This document shows, in pieces, positions 13,145 through 28,405 of a DNA stretch of 64,000 nt (position 1 is the first letter of the stretch; the number at the start of each line of letters is the position of its first letter). The notes under the pieces were generated by a model, which searched no databases, was not told where the DNA came from, and saw only the letters and a program-made list of their open reading frames with translations. Origin of the DNA: Octopus vulgaris (Eukaryota). The stretch is from positions 72,478,001-72,542,000 of the forward strand of contig OX597823.1 of the NCBI GenBank assembly GCA_951406725.2, given 5' to 3'. Made by a program: the position numbers and the translations under genes.

Positions 13145-13272
13145 TCGAAAAATACCTTAGGAATGAGAAGTTTCCCCAAGACACCTGATGAAGGCTGGAG
13201 GGTCTATCAGCCGAAAAGTTGTGTTAGCAACCAACAAGATGAGGACAGATATCCGTCAAATATAAATCATGT
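13141..13272 (+). mobile_element. Short HHR-bearing repeat (pLTR/retrozyme-like), family A
   Basis: ~130-bp non-coding unit directly after (TAA)n containing a near-canonical hammerhead. Confidence 0.7.
13180..13225 (+). ncRNA. Minimal type-I hammerhead ribozyme
   Basis: GACAC-CTGATGA-A-GGCTG gagggtctat CAGCC-GAAA-AG-TT-GTGTT. Intact CUGAUGA and GAAA, a 5-bp stem II and a 5-bp stem I (one G-U pair). Stem III reads GAAAAGUU where GAAACGUU is expected. Confidence 0.8.
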
Positions 13273-14367
13273 AGCTCTGTTTTGTTTAACTTTTTCATGA
13301 TACTGCAATATGCACTGTTATTTTTTAAAGCACATCAATTTTTACGCCCATGTCCACATTTTATGTCCATTTTATATCCAAGTGTTTCAATATTGATCAC
13401 GAATTTATACGTTCAGCATTTAGCATAATTATATGTATATTGCTCAAATCATGGTAACCTTTATCGTTTTTATCTAACATTAATAGCAATCATGGCATGG
13501 AAACTAATTTATTTAGCTTAGCACTTCTAGCAAACTATTTATTGTTTCACATAAATCCTTTCGGAATTTAAAAATATATTTCTTGTTGGAATTTCGTAAA
13601 TTAAGTAATTTCGCCGTTAGTCTGCAATGATTTACGATTAAATGTTTCCCTTCAAAACATTGTAAGAAAAGCAATTTTTTTTTAAAGATTCTGGTTTCTT
13701 TTTACTATATATTTCAGTCATTTGAACTGATATTTCAAAGATACAAAAATATTTAAGCAATAAAGATCACAAAGATCTGTTGTGGCTGAGCGTGCTTGGA
13801 GTGCATATATGTAGTCTTTCAATGAAAAGTAAACTTGAATAAGATAGACGATAACATTCGTAAATCTAGAAGTTTTAATTAGTTCAATGTAGCAACGACA
13901 GAAATCATTGAAATGTATTTATTCTGGACATTGTATATCAAGCAGAATTTTTTTTAATGTGTTTACCATGTAAATTGTCTTTCGCGACTTGCAAAATTCT
14001 GTATTCTAGTAGTCTGACTAAATTGAGGAATGTGACAAATGGTTTTTGTAAAATGGGAAACTATTTCTATTTTTAGTGCTTCCCCACGTCATACACTAAA
14101 GGTCAAATGGTCATTATTTGCAGTCATTCAACCGTCACTTGTAAATTTAGCGACTATTTAGCGACACCAAATACAAACAAATGAGAATTGGCATCTAGTT
14201 CTTCGAAACAAGAACTTCCCGAAATCATTGTTTTGAATTTGTTGCCGTGCAAAAACGGCAAACGTAAACGCACACACATACACACGGGCCCACACGCACG
14301 CACACACTCAGAAGCACACACACGCGCGCATACAGGGACACACAATATGTATATGTATACGTATGTA

Positions 14368-15230
14368 GGATCTTTTCAATTCTGAAGCCAGTATTCTGAA
14401 ACTTCGTATGCTGATAGAGTCTAGCAAAACAAGACACAGGTTGGAACTAGTTTATTTGAGAAAAATCTATTTTATGACTTTAATCGTAGATTAAAACTGC
14501 GAATTTTAACCAATCAGATTGTTTGTTTTCATGTGTAAAACTTGACTGCATTCTATTAGTGTGACGTAGAAAGCGCTTTTGTGACGTACTAACGTTCGGA
14601 AAACTGTAAACAAACACAGAACGTAACGGCAGACGAAATACGGCTACGCATTTCGCCCGGCGTGCTAACGTTTCTGCCAGCTCTTTGCTTTTTTAATATT
14701 AAATTTCTTGCCTTTTGCACAAATAAATACAATAAGTGAAATGAAACGCATTAGCTTAGAAACGAAATCTTGTTAGAAGCCTCGTCACTGAGATGCCACT
14801 TCTTAATAGCAAACGAAAGCAAGTACTAACAGAATGGAAACATTTTCAATTTAATACATGTGGCTTATTAACTAGTTTTAAATATTGTTATTAGAAGGTG
14901 GCTGACTATAGGATCCTGGAAACATGAGTACGTTAAATAATTAGAAGGAGATTTCACGGAGACATGCGGCTTGTTTACATTTAAGATGTTTAATACGTCA
15001 CCAAATTGGTGGTCGAGACGGAGTAAATAAAATAAAGCCGAATGACGGAATATCATTGGTTAAAATTCTAATTATTAAACAACGTTAAACTTAGAAGTTA
15101 CAATTCCGTTTTCATTCTGGTTTACAATTAAGTTTACTTTTGACGCATTCTACCAGTATACGAAGTTTCAAATTGTTTGGTTCAGTAGGAAAAATTTGAA
15201 AAAACTGGCTTCAGAATTGAAAAGATCCCG
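14368..15230. mobile_element. Non-autonomous Tc1/mariner-type element (MITE) with nested inverted repeats
   Basis: Perfect 25-bp TIR ggatcttttcaattctgaagccagt (14368-14392) / actggcttcagaattgaaaagatcc (15204-15228), flanked by TA. Inner IRs: gaaacttcgtatgctgataga / tctaccagtatacgaagtttc and gaattttaaccaat / attggttaaaattc. Confidence 0.85.
14617..14683 (-). mobile_element. SINE head fragment inserted in the MITE
   Basis: cagaacgtaacggcagacgaaatac..gcatttcgcccggcgtgctaacgtttctgccagct matches the reverse complement of the SINE heads at 43.5, 51.6 and 56.2 kb. Confidence 0.75.
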
Positions 15231-17329
15231 TATGTATGTATATATATACATATATATGTATGTGCGTGTGTCTGTGTGTCTGTGTGTGTACATACATACA
15301 CACATCTTCCTTGGTCGCAAGAACAGAGATGAAAAAAGATGAGACAAATATATCAGGAACGCAACACTATTAGAGTCACAATCCAGCATGGTTGTCACAT
15401 GAGTTTCACCAGAGTTTAGCCCACTCTCAGAGAATGACCTCCCATCTAACAGTGAACTAAAGAGCTAGTTGCAATGATATAATCTTATCAAGAATGTGCT
15501 TCCGTCGGAAGATATCCTAAGCAAAAGTGAATTGATACATTCGATTAAATTTCGTTGCTCGTAGTTCTGCGTTGCTCAGGTTTATGTCGGATTTAGAACG
15601 ATGACATTTGCTTTTGTGTTTTGTTTTCCTTAGGGAAATAGGCAATACTGCCATACCACCATTGAAGATTGTCGTGTTTCGAGCTTTCTGTACATGGGTG
15701 CATAGCGGGTTTGATGTGCGGTGTCAATGTGGAGAGTGAATGCTGCATGTTTTGTGGGTATAGAGGAAGAATGTAAAGTAGCGTTAATGTATAAGGAAAC
15801 ATAGAATAAGATATAAAACCAAAACTCTTAGGAATACTGTAGCTGGTAGCACGCTTCTTATAGCTTCTGAATTATTTTCATTTGATATTCCAATATTTAA
15901 AACTATTGTTTTCATTTGTTAGTTGCGACATTGATGTCATTATAATTCCCGACGCTGAGAGCGATAGAAACTGCATTCGTTAACCTGTTGCAATTAATCA
16001 TAGTCCTTGTATATTGACATTCACTGGTATTATAGTGTTGATAAAAGTAATGTCTCAGTTCAATTTTCATATACGTAACCTTCTTAATCTTCACTTTGTC
16101 AGCAGTTAAAAAATAGAAATTTATCATGAGTTGTTGATTCCGTAAATCATTTCAGAGAGGATATATTTATATTGTAATTTTTTGCTCATATTTAAAATAA
16201 TGTAATTCAATATGTAAATGCAATAACTACTTCACTTATATTTCTTTTCCTGTAATTTCATGTCTTCGTGTACTACGTGGTGAACACTTTTAGATATTTC
16301 TTACTTTATTTCATCTTTTTAGCAATGTTTATGTTATTCTTAATATTTGTCTCAATACAATATTCATGTCGAATGCAAAAGCCCCTAGTCGATCGGTAAT
16401 TATGGAAACCCTCACAAAATAATTTTATATTCGAAAATTTTATACAAAATCGATACGTTTTAGTCTATTTCACGTATTATACATAAGTGTATCGTTTATC
16501 CCACTAAAAATGCAAATCCAAATATAATCCTAAATTGATGTAATATTCTGCGTCATGTGTGATGGTATATTCTAAATCCTATAAATTATTGTGAGAAATC
16601 CGCTACGCCCTTTGGCACGAAGAAAATTGACTTTTCAACCAATTTAATGTATAACTACATTTAACTACATTGAATTGATTTCATCTTTTGTATATAATCA
16701 TTTTAAAGAATTTCAATATATATTTAGTTCTTTAAATTTCAATTTTTTATATATCGCAGTATGTTTGATGTTACGTACAATCATCTAGAGCATTTCCTGC
16801 TATTTTGCGCCTGTACCAGCTTAGGGTCAGATTCGCACAGGTACACGTGTACACAGGCATACGTGCATCGATAAATATACATAAATTTATTTTGTGTATG
16901 TACATATATTTTCACAATATTTCTGTAAAGTGCTTCAACATAAAGACCAATAATGTGCAACCATTTTTATAAGCAGACGATAGAAATATCAGGTTGTCAG
17001 TAATAAGTTTTGATACCTTCAAAGAATATAATCGGGTACAAGCAACTCACAATTCTTCCAATTTGCAGGATAAAAGGAAGATTTAATGAATTTTTGATAA
17101 ATATTTTAAGAATTATATTATAAACCAATTTTTTATTTTTTATAAAATTGTGAATTATTTTATAAAATATATTGCTATAAATCTAAAATATCGCTTTGTA
17201 ATTTCTAATAGTTTACATTGTTAAAAAAATTAATTGCTCTATAAATAATGTCTCAATATTTAATTAAAATTGTGGCATAATTTCTATAAGAATCTTATTT
17301 TGGTTCTTGACATTATGAAAGTAGTGAAT

Positions 17330-17650
17330 GCGCGCAAGCATCAGCCAGCAGCCTATTATCTCATGGCTATCCGCTGAATGCGCTAGTACGGACATGTCCT
17401 CAGTCTCCCTGTGAATCATCCTACCAGGGCTTTAATCTTATTTGAAGCAGCAGCTGTGGGCTGGAAGAAGCCTCGTGGAAGGCACTGCATCAGATGGCTG
17501 GACGTGATTAGAGATCTCCAGAAGCTCGACGTCAGAGGGGCTGGCACAGGATTGCCAGTGATGGAGAGCGCTAGTGGACCTGGTCGACTCCTGGGTCCAC
17601 TAACTCGGAATGACCTCAGCCCCATCAAGCACGAAGTAAAGCCAGGCCAA
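17330..17650 (+). mobile_element. RTE-clade LINE 3' end
   Basis: YGHVL..P.NHPTRAL..GWKKPRGR..RWLDVI.DL..WRALV, the typical RTE C-terminus; frameshifted. Confidence 0.75.
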
Positions 17651-19238
17651 GCCTACATAAAATACTGACTTTAGAGAAATGTAGTCACTTAGTTATCAGT
17701 ATACTTTTATCCATGTAGCAACGGGACCGGGGCATAACAGACGTTCGTATAATTTAGAGTAGAATCCTGTAGCAAGTTAGATGAAAAAAAAATCATATGT
17801 ATACATACACGCACACACACACGCAGATACACACATATATATGTTGAATCAGTGCAGCATTTTTGTCCTTGACAATATTCCACTCGAAAGTCATCCCATA
17901 ATTTTATGATACTAAATATGTGGGAATTTTCCCAAAACCCCTTGAAAGCCTGCTTTTATCTGTTATTAGGCTGTTGTTTTAATCTTAAACAAGTCTCTTA
18001 GTGTAGTTTCCCATGCAGCCATACCGTAAGTTCTGTTTAGTCATATAATTTACACTTTCTTGGTCATATAGCTTACCTATCAGATATATATGAGAGATTT
18101 ATAGAATAAATTTGTTTTAGTGGATATCTTTTCTAGTGAACCAAGTTTGGTTTTGGCCCGGGTTTTGGTATTTTTCTGCATTTCTTCTATTTTAAGTGTC
18201 TTCACTACCATTTTTTCCACTTCTCCCTCTTCCCCTTCCTAAAATTCTCCACAGAGATATGCGTCGATGCAACACATTTGTCTATGATAAGTTCGTACTG
18301 GGAAAGATGACTTCTTAACTGTTGCCTGCACTTTGTGATCGTGACATTCAGTGCTATCAATATATCCCGCGTCACACTCGGTGGGTAGATTGAAAATAAT
18401 GGCTTGGGTGACCTCTTTTGTGTAAGCTTCTGCTACTGACATTGGCCTCTTTTTACTGGTTTTTCCAGTTCACTCCAGTTTAAACGCAAGAATCAAGTCT
18501 TGATGCTACACATTTAGCAGTTGATCTTTCTACCATTCACTTTTAGTAACACTTCTTACAATTCTGGTCCTACAATGTGGCAGATCTCTTTGAAAGTCAT
18601 GAGAATCTACATGCCCATTCGCACTCAAGGTAACCACATCTCATTTTAGACCACAGCCATCTTTGAGATTTAATATCCCCTATGTATATCTTTTTGTTTA
18701 TATTCTCAAGTTTTTAACATCGCGGTGCTCAGCTATAATTTCTACATAATATCTGTAGAAATAACGTTAACAAAATAATGCAAAATGCATTGGCAACACA
18801 ATAGATCGTGGTGTTCACTTATAAGAACATTTAATTTACTTTATAGTAACTTTATAGTATATTAGGGTTGCATAACGAAATTCCACGAGCCCACATTTAT
18901 TAATATTTACATACCGGCTCCAGAAATGTGTTTAATATGTAAAATTTTATATCCAATAAATTAACACCGCTGTATACGTTGACTATATAAGCAATGTGTT
19001 CGGAGATGAGAATGGGTTAATGGGTGCTGATGGAGGGGCAAAAATCCCTGCAATATGGCATATAAATTCATCAGGCATTTTTGTTTTCGATCTCATTGTT
19101 TGTTTACATCTGACGTCTCGAAACGAAACGTTGTAGTAAAAAATAAGTGCTGGCTATAATTACTGTAGAATATCTGTAGAAACAGCCTTAACAAAATGAT
19201 ATTTAGCTTGTGTCTCTGAACCGAAGATGCTACCTTTT

Positions 19239-19586
19239 TCACTTATATATCTGTTCGAGTACAAAATTCTGCCCACTCAACTGATCAACCAATTGACGTG
19301 ATTTTTCTGTTTCATAAACTCTTGCTTTTGTATTCAAATTTTCCGGATATCTTTTCGGTGTATATGTGCATCGGTATCTGAAGGCGACTCCATATTTAGA
19401 CATAGTCCTTCTACTAGCAACTGTAAAAGAAATTGTTGAGAGTAATATTGATGAAAATGTATTAAAATCTGAGACAAACCATATATTTCCGCCTAAAGCC
19501 ATATATTTTCCACACAAATAACCAGAATCTGTTTCCAAAAAAGGATATAAAACAATTTTCATTGAATAAAGCGTGGAAGTATCCAC
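19239..19586 (-). mobile_element. Possible degraded piggyBac transposase fragment
   Basis: YSMKI..ETDSGYLC resembles KYGIK..DxxSGY, FSSILL resembles DNxFTSxxL, and KRYPENL follows. Weak similarity only. Confidence 0.3.
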
Positions 19587-20158
19587 TTATTTACCGGTAA
19601 TAAAAACGACAACTACGGTGAATATGATAATAATTTTCCCAATAACAACAACAACAACAATAATAATAAACACCAAAACAATAACGATGTATTTTTTATT
19701 TAATCTTTATTTTTCAATTCAATGTTATATAATTTTTTTTTGGATTGGTGACTACACTTGTTGTGATTTAACATCATTATGCAAACCAGAATATTTTAAA
19801 ATATATTTGCACCCCTGATCTTCTAAACTTCAAAGCTTACTCTAAATATTTTATTTCAATGTTTGGTACATTCATTTATATTCAAATCTTCTCCAAAACA
19901 AAATGCCGGAGAATATTTTTTCCAAATAATGAATATTCGTTGACATGTTTCATACATTTATCGTCTATGTCAAACACATTGTTATTCATATCTCCACATT
20001 TGAGAAAAATAAGTAGAAAAAAGAAAAAAAAGATATAAAACATTGGTAATAAATTAGGTTGTTAGATTAGGTCTTAGGGAATGAACATTCATCGAAGAGA
20101 TTTGAAACAATAACATCATGGATCACTGAAGTTCGTAGAAATAAGTTTAGCTTTTATA

Positions 20159-20201
<43 letters not shown>

Positions 20202-20311
20202 ACATATATGTATGTATACATATATATATATATGTATATGTACCTACATAAATACATATATACATATATACATACATATATACATTTATATGTGTATATA
20301 GATACATACAT

Positions 20312-20364
<53 letters not shown>

Positions 20365-20440
20365 TATAACATGACATATAGATACACAAACACACACACA
20401 TACATACGCACACGTATACATCAATTTTGACAAGTACTGA

Positions 20441-20497
<57 letters not shown>

Positions 20498-22117
20498 AAC
20501 TTTATATAATTATAGAAAAATTATTAAACACAGTTACACGAAGACGCACAAACATCTACACACCCATATATATATACATATATGTGTGTGTTTTTGCGTG
20601 TGTATATACACACATACATACATATATACATATAAATATATGCATGTAGATATGCACGCATCGTTGCATGTATATGTGTATACGACTTTTATGTGTCCAT
20701 GGTATTCATGTTTAGCTAACCATGCACGCGGAAACATACATTTACATAAGCACACATACACACATACGGAGACATAAACGTCCAGGCATACAGAGAAAAG
20801 CGTACATGCATACATACAAGGATTGAAATGGTAGGTGGAAACTAGTTAATCAATGAACGGATTTTGGTTTAATATGAAATATCTCCAACATTACTTAACT
20901 ATTTTCAAATCTTATTGAAATGCGCAGTGAGTCATACTTTTAGAGTATTTTTATGAGCTATGAATTTATTTTTTATATATAGCTTTGTTTGTGTGTATAT
21001 GAATGCGTAGTATCGTGAGCATGGGAAAATATATTTGTTGTGGTGAATAATGTTTGACAAATATTCGTCAAAACTTCAAGATGTTGATAAAATCATGACT
21101 AGGCACGAGTCTTAGATTTATAACGAAGGGAACGATGATTTTGTGGCGTTCATGCCTACAGTAATTAATAGCATAAATGTTATGAGATAGGTTCAAGAGA
21201 AAATTGAATGCCTTACATTTATTCATTATATTGAGAATATAAATATGGGTTTGTTGCATATGTATGAACAGAATGGAATTCTGATTCTCAGCTCTTTCTT
21301 CAAATGCATTAAATTCATCAATGAAAGCAGTTTCCCTGAAGAATCTGACTGCGATTAACAATTTATATTCAGCGAAATTTACAATTTCTTTACGTTAATG
21401 CGAAAGACACAGTCATAGTAATAATAATGGTGTAGAAGATAATGATGATTAAGTTGATGATGATGGTGATGGTAATGATAATGCTATTATGGTAACAAGA
21501 GTGATGTTAATGAAGGTTATGGTGCAGATGACAATTTTATCCATGACAAAAGATAAAGATGTCAATGGTAATTATGAAAATACTAATACTAATTTTAATC
21601 ATCATATATAATTTCCATTAAGCTCAATGCCAATATCTCAGTAAAGATTACATAGTCGACTGAATCGACATTATTACCTTATCTGGAGGATGAAAGACAA
21701 ATCAACACCGGCGTTTAAATTACAAGAACAATAGCAATGATTTCTCATACTGGCACCATGCAACGAATTGCATTATAGTGGTATAGGTAATTGAATCGAC
21801 GACATCAGTATATTTTTTTTTCTCTGTAACAATGTATTGACCCGGAGGGATGGAATGTGAACTGAACCTCAGTGGCATTTGAACTCGGAATGCAGAGATT
21901 CAAAGAGGAATTCTGTTAGGTATTTAGTCCAATGCAATAAAATTTCTGCCACACTACAGCCCTTCTGCTAAACAATAGTGATCATAATAACAGAAACATC
22001 AAAACACAACAAACATCAGCAACAGGATTTCTATATAACGGAGACGGAAGGAAGCAAATTACTGGGTTCACGATGTAAATGAAGATTAATAAAAAGCAGT
22101 ATTTTAAAACCTATTTA

Positions 22118-22186
<69 letters not shown>

Positions 22187-22199
22187 GTTATTATTATTA

Positions 22200-22261
<62 letters not shown>

Positions 22262-22319
22262 TTTATGTTATGATTCTTTTTTATTGGTTTTAATCTGAAT
22301 GTAATTCAGAATTTATAAA

Positions 22320-22361
<42 letters not shown>

Positions 22362-23234
22362 AGACATGAAGAAACAGGAATAAATTTTATTTTATTTGTA
22401 TTTGATAATCTCCTGGTATTGCGAGTGAATATTGTATTTTTAATTAACAACAGAAATGCATTGTATTAAAGCATCAGGACATGACTGTTTGACGTAGTAC
22501 TCTGATACCTGATAATGATCCTTACGTGAATATCATAGTGTGTGTATAGAAGGGGTACAACGGTTTAGTTGATCTAGGCTGACACACCATCTGACACGAT
22601 GCCAGGTAAGTATATCTCAGGATGTTCTAATATTGTTATTATTCATTTCATTTCTACAGCTTGTATTAATATAACTTATATTTTAAAGTTAATTAAAATA
22701 CTTGCATTACATTTATTATTTTGGTTTAGCTTAATTCTTGTAGTGTTAACTATGGAAGTGAATATTGGATAAATTAATCGCATAAACTTATAGTTGATTA
22801 TTTACGAATAAGTCTAATTGTATACGTCAAAATCGTTGGTCATGTGCATATGTGAGGTACGAAATTAATAAATCTCATATTTCTTTAATTACCTACCTAC
22901 ACACACACATTAACTAGTTACCCTGTTTTCACGTAGTTAACTATATTATTACATATTCAAACGAATTTATCGATTTATCTTTCTATGCGTGTGTATGTAC
23001 ACACACATACACACATGCAAACACATATATGCGTGTATACATATATACACACATATATATATATATATTTATATATATATATATATACATATATATGCGT
23101 ATATATATATACATACATATATATATATGTTTCCATGAATGTGTATACACAGACTCACATATATATAAATATATATATTTATGTTTTTCACGATTGTATA
23201 TATCTATATATATGGATATATATGCTTGCATGAT

Positions 23235-23281
<47 letters not shown>

Positions 23282-23762
23282 CGTGTGTGTGTATGTGTAT
23301 GCGTGCGTGCCTGTATATATTGATGTATCTAATATATGTATCTAATATTATCTACGTTCATTACCGTGTGTTCTTCGGAGCTAAATTTTACAAGTGACGT
23401 CCGATTTTTAGAGAAAACAACGTAAAATGTATTCACCAAATTTTGAAAGATTAGCTCTTTTATTTATATTACTGATATTAAAATATTAAACAAAGTTGTC
23501 ACTGAGCAAGGAACAAATAATTTAAAAAGGAAACATAGGTGAAGTAAAAAAGAATAAAAAAAAAAGAACATTTATACATTTTGTATTTCTGAAAGAATAA
23601 TGAAATAAACACGAGAGAATCGTTAGGCTTACCAAGTAGAAAATGTTTGTTGTACTTGTACACGATAGAAAAAGCGTTATTTATGTGCCACTCAAGAAAA
23701 CATTCACACAATTTCAATAAAATTTTAATGCATTTAATGTAATGTATGAATTGATATAAATA

Positions 23763-23818
<56 letters not shown>

Positions 23819-24049
23819 GTATATTTACATATATATATATATTTATATTTATATATGTTTATGCATATGCATATATATATGTATATACATATATATATAC
23901 ATAGGTGCATAAAAATATATAAATATATATATATATATATACAATATGTGCATATTGCGTATATATATATACATATATATAATATATATATATATATACT
24001 TACACACACACATGCATACATACATATATATATATATATAATATATATA

Positions 24050-24090
<41 letters not shown>

Positions 24091-25573
24091 TATATATAAT
24101 ATATATATATGTGTGTTTCTCTGCATGTGTGTGTGTTTCTGTGTCTATATATTCTTGTCTGGTAGGGCGCGTGTTAGCTGACAAACAAAAGAAACCTGGC
24201 GCAAGGCAGATAGCCGGAATAACGTGCAGCTTTCTTGGCGCTATGGATTACTTTGTGGAAGTGCATTACAGTTTATAAATGTACTCCCGATATTATAGAG
24301 AGACTATTGTATTTAGTCCTTATTTTGATGTGGGCTCAAATATGAAAATCTCCTTCATATATGTAATAGAAGTAATCCGTTGTCAAATTTCGTTTCTGGT
24401 GAACAGAAATCTTATTCGGAACACACGAACACGCACGCACACACATTCACGCATACGCGCGCGCACGATTACGGACACTCACAGATACACGCAGACACTT
24501 ACTCACGCATGCATGCATGCATGTAAATATACATGCACCTATAAATGTCTGTACATAAATGTAATGTTGTATGTATTTATGTACTGTTTCATGTTTATTT
24601 GAATGATTTCTTAATCATTTCGTAAAATGATGCTTGATTAGCGGTGAGGCAATACTCTCGGACAATGCATCAAAGCGTCATATCAATTATAATATATACA
24701 CACATTGTTATATATATATATGTATATATATATATTGATCTGTGTACATTTATGCATCTATGCTTGTATGCCTACACATGTATAAAATGCAATGAGAATA
24801 TGAGTAAAGAAAGGAAATATTGATATATCTGTTTGTAAACTTAATTTCAGTATCCCATAAAAGGCAATTGCTTCTTTCAAAAATTCTATTTCCCCAGTTT
24901 AAGGAACAATATTACTTTCTTTCATTTATTCTTTCTTTCTATTTTTCCCTCCCTCCCTCTGTAATTATTTATATGTATGTGTGCATTGAGATATGTACAT
25001 GTATATCTATCTATCTATCTATCTATCTGTTTACATACACACACACGCACACGCGCAACACAATAGGAGCCTATTTGGAATCTTAGATGTATTTATTTAG
25101 CTATACGCTCTGTTTTCTTTTACACGCTTGCATAAACACGAATCCACTTGCATACACATACATATGCTGACACGAAACGCATTCATTTACTCATACATCT
25201 GTGCTGTATATTTATATTTGCAACTGAGTAACTGAATAGAGTTACACATTTTATAATTATGTGTGTGTATAATATATCTTTGAATGTATCATATATATTT
25301 CAGTACATTTATACTACATTTATACAATTTGTACCATATTAGCAACATAATTACCGAAAGGAAATGTTTATATTACGCAACGCAAACTGAGATAACTGAA
25401 AATTTTACACTTTCTTAAATAGAATTTCACTTTTCAAATATAATATAGCAACATGTAAATTCATGCATAGGGGTGTATGAGTCTATTGAATATAATAAGC
25501 ATGTATATATGTGTATATACGTATATATATATATATATATATATATATACGTATGTATGTATGTATGTATGTA

Positions 25574-25606
<33 letters not shown>

Positions 25607-26052
25607 GTTGTATATATATATATATATATATATTTCACACACATGTGTATGTGTTTTTGCGTCTGTTAATGAATTTGTATTTATATATCTTTATCTGTTT
25701 AGGAAATTATACATTTAAATATTCACAGCAGTTTTCTGCATATTTGCGAGTGGGTGCGAATAAAGGCTAACAACTTAAAGAAATTGGTGTATATATCAGC
25801 GGTATACCATCCACTGTTTCATTTATCATCAGTATAAATTTAAAATCGTAAATAAGTATTTAACTGTATGGTTACCGCCGAACACATATAATTGACTTTA
25901 CGTACTTTAAAATTGCTAGAAATATACATCTTAATATTTATGCAAGTACACCATAAGAGCATACTATATATATATACATATAGATATGGATACATGTATA
26001 TATGCTTACATATAAATACAGAACATATATATATATATTTATATATAATATA

Positions 26053-26129
<77 letters not shown>

Positions 26130-27389
26130 TATTTAATATAGTGGGCTTATATTGTTTTATTGTTTAGATAATTCTCACTTAAATTCTGTGGAAGTGTTTA
26201 ATAATTCTTCAGTGTATGCATTGAGTAGAAACCTGACCTTTCATTTCCTGAGGTTTTGAATAGACCAGCACTAAGTAACCTCGGTTTAGAGTCAGCATCG
26301 AAAGTACATTAACTCCCCTTGTACAATTTTGATTTCCGTTTTACGTAGAAGTAATTCCAGATGACCAGATAAGAAAGTAAAAAAAAATGTATATATTTAT
26401 TCTCGTATCAGTAAAGTACTTTGATATGACGATATTTTGAATATATACACCGTTCGTATATATCTATCATGTATGAAACTTGGAACCTAACTTAATGAGA
26501 ATTCAGGATTTAATCCTGATACATTGATATTGAAATTTTACATTTCATATCAATCAAATTTTGCAAATACACTTTTAACATACACACTTTGCTGTGTGTA
26601 ATAATGTTTCCATAATAAAAATTGCTGCTTTCATTTTCACTTTTTCTGTCTTCATCATCAGATTCCCTTTATAATTCATGCAATCAAAATCAATAAAGTA
26701 TAATCTGTGAAAGAAAATTCTAAATGTTGTCTGGTCTGGAAATATTTCTCTTTACGTTTCCTATTATTACTTTCAGAATTTTTCTGTTTACATTGACATT
26801 ATGCCCTGGGTCATTATGATTTACATTCATAAAATTAACGTTAGATTTCTTTTTTTATCCCATGGCCGTTGCAATAATTTCTCGTATTTTCGCAAGATAC
26901 TACCGCTCCATAATTGTAAAAGTAAACACTTAACAACAAATCTTATAATATCAACAACAACAACAACAAAAATAGAAAACAAAACAGGAAATTGTGTGTA
27001 TATTCAAAATAGTATCAAATATATTACCAACGAACAATTTGAAAGAATTCATCATCTTATCCAGCTATAACGACAAAACAGTCTGAAAGATTTTGATGAA
27101 TGAAAATATATCTGAAGAAATAAACTCAGCAAAATAAACATTATTATGAATTCGACTTTAACGAATAACAAAAATGCATACATTAGAACATCCCTCTGTG
27201 TTTCTAAAACCAAATTTACGTATCTAACTCTTAATCTGTTACTCTCTTCGCCTCCCGCTATGCCCTACGCCCTGTACGTCTTTCTCTATCATAAATCCAT
27301 CAATACAGGTATAAATATGCATGTATATATAAAGAAATATATACATGAATGTTTGAGTATATATATATAGTATCTATATCCCTCTTTTC

Positions 27390-27467
<78 letters not shown>

Positions 27468-27939
27468 AATATACGTATATATATGTGTGTGTGTTTGTGG
27501 GTGTGTATGTGTGTATGTGTGTGTGTGTGTGTATGAGTGTGTCTATCTATATGATATATGAGGGGCGGATTGAAATGAGAATGAAAATTACTTGATAGTA
27601 CAAAAAAGACGCTTTAAGTTGATTAAATGAAAATTAACTGGACATCGAAAATGCGTCATAGCAAGATCAGATGATTGTTAGACGATTCAATAACGTTGTA
27701 AAAGCGAGAGTGCTTTGAAAACACATACCTTCCATGCTGAAGAAAGAAAATAGAAGGAAAACAGAAATAGCCTAAAAATTCATTTACCTAATTGTTGCTT
27801 TGTTGATGATAGTACACGATTTACCATCATTGGTGATGATGGTTACAAGTAATGCACGAACTAAAAAAAAAAAAACAATTTCTTCCAGACTTATCGTGCA
27901 ATATACTTTAATAATCATATCTAACTTTATGCATATACA

Positions 27940-27987
<48 letters not shown>

Positions 27988-28367
27988 ATTCTTTCACACG
28001 TATATTAGTATATAAGTATGTTTTATGTACACTAGAACTTGTGCACAAATATAATTCATAAATTATGTGCAAATATATAAATACACTATTTACATACAAG
28101 TACAATGCCACACTTACAGATACATAAATAGCCTACAGCAATCGTGTAGAGGAGTGGGGGTCACCTTGAATCATTGATATGCATCAGTGTTTCATTTTAA
28201 ATTACTGCTTAATAAAAAAAATAACGTCAATTATTTCAAAATGTCCTTACATTCTAGTGTGATATGTATTGTTTTCTTCGCAATTTGACATTCACATTTT
28301 TTTTTGTCAGCCTTCTTCACCCACCTGAGTGTATATATCGGCTCGCTCAAATAAGCAACGTATATAA

Positions 28368-28405
<38 letters not shown>

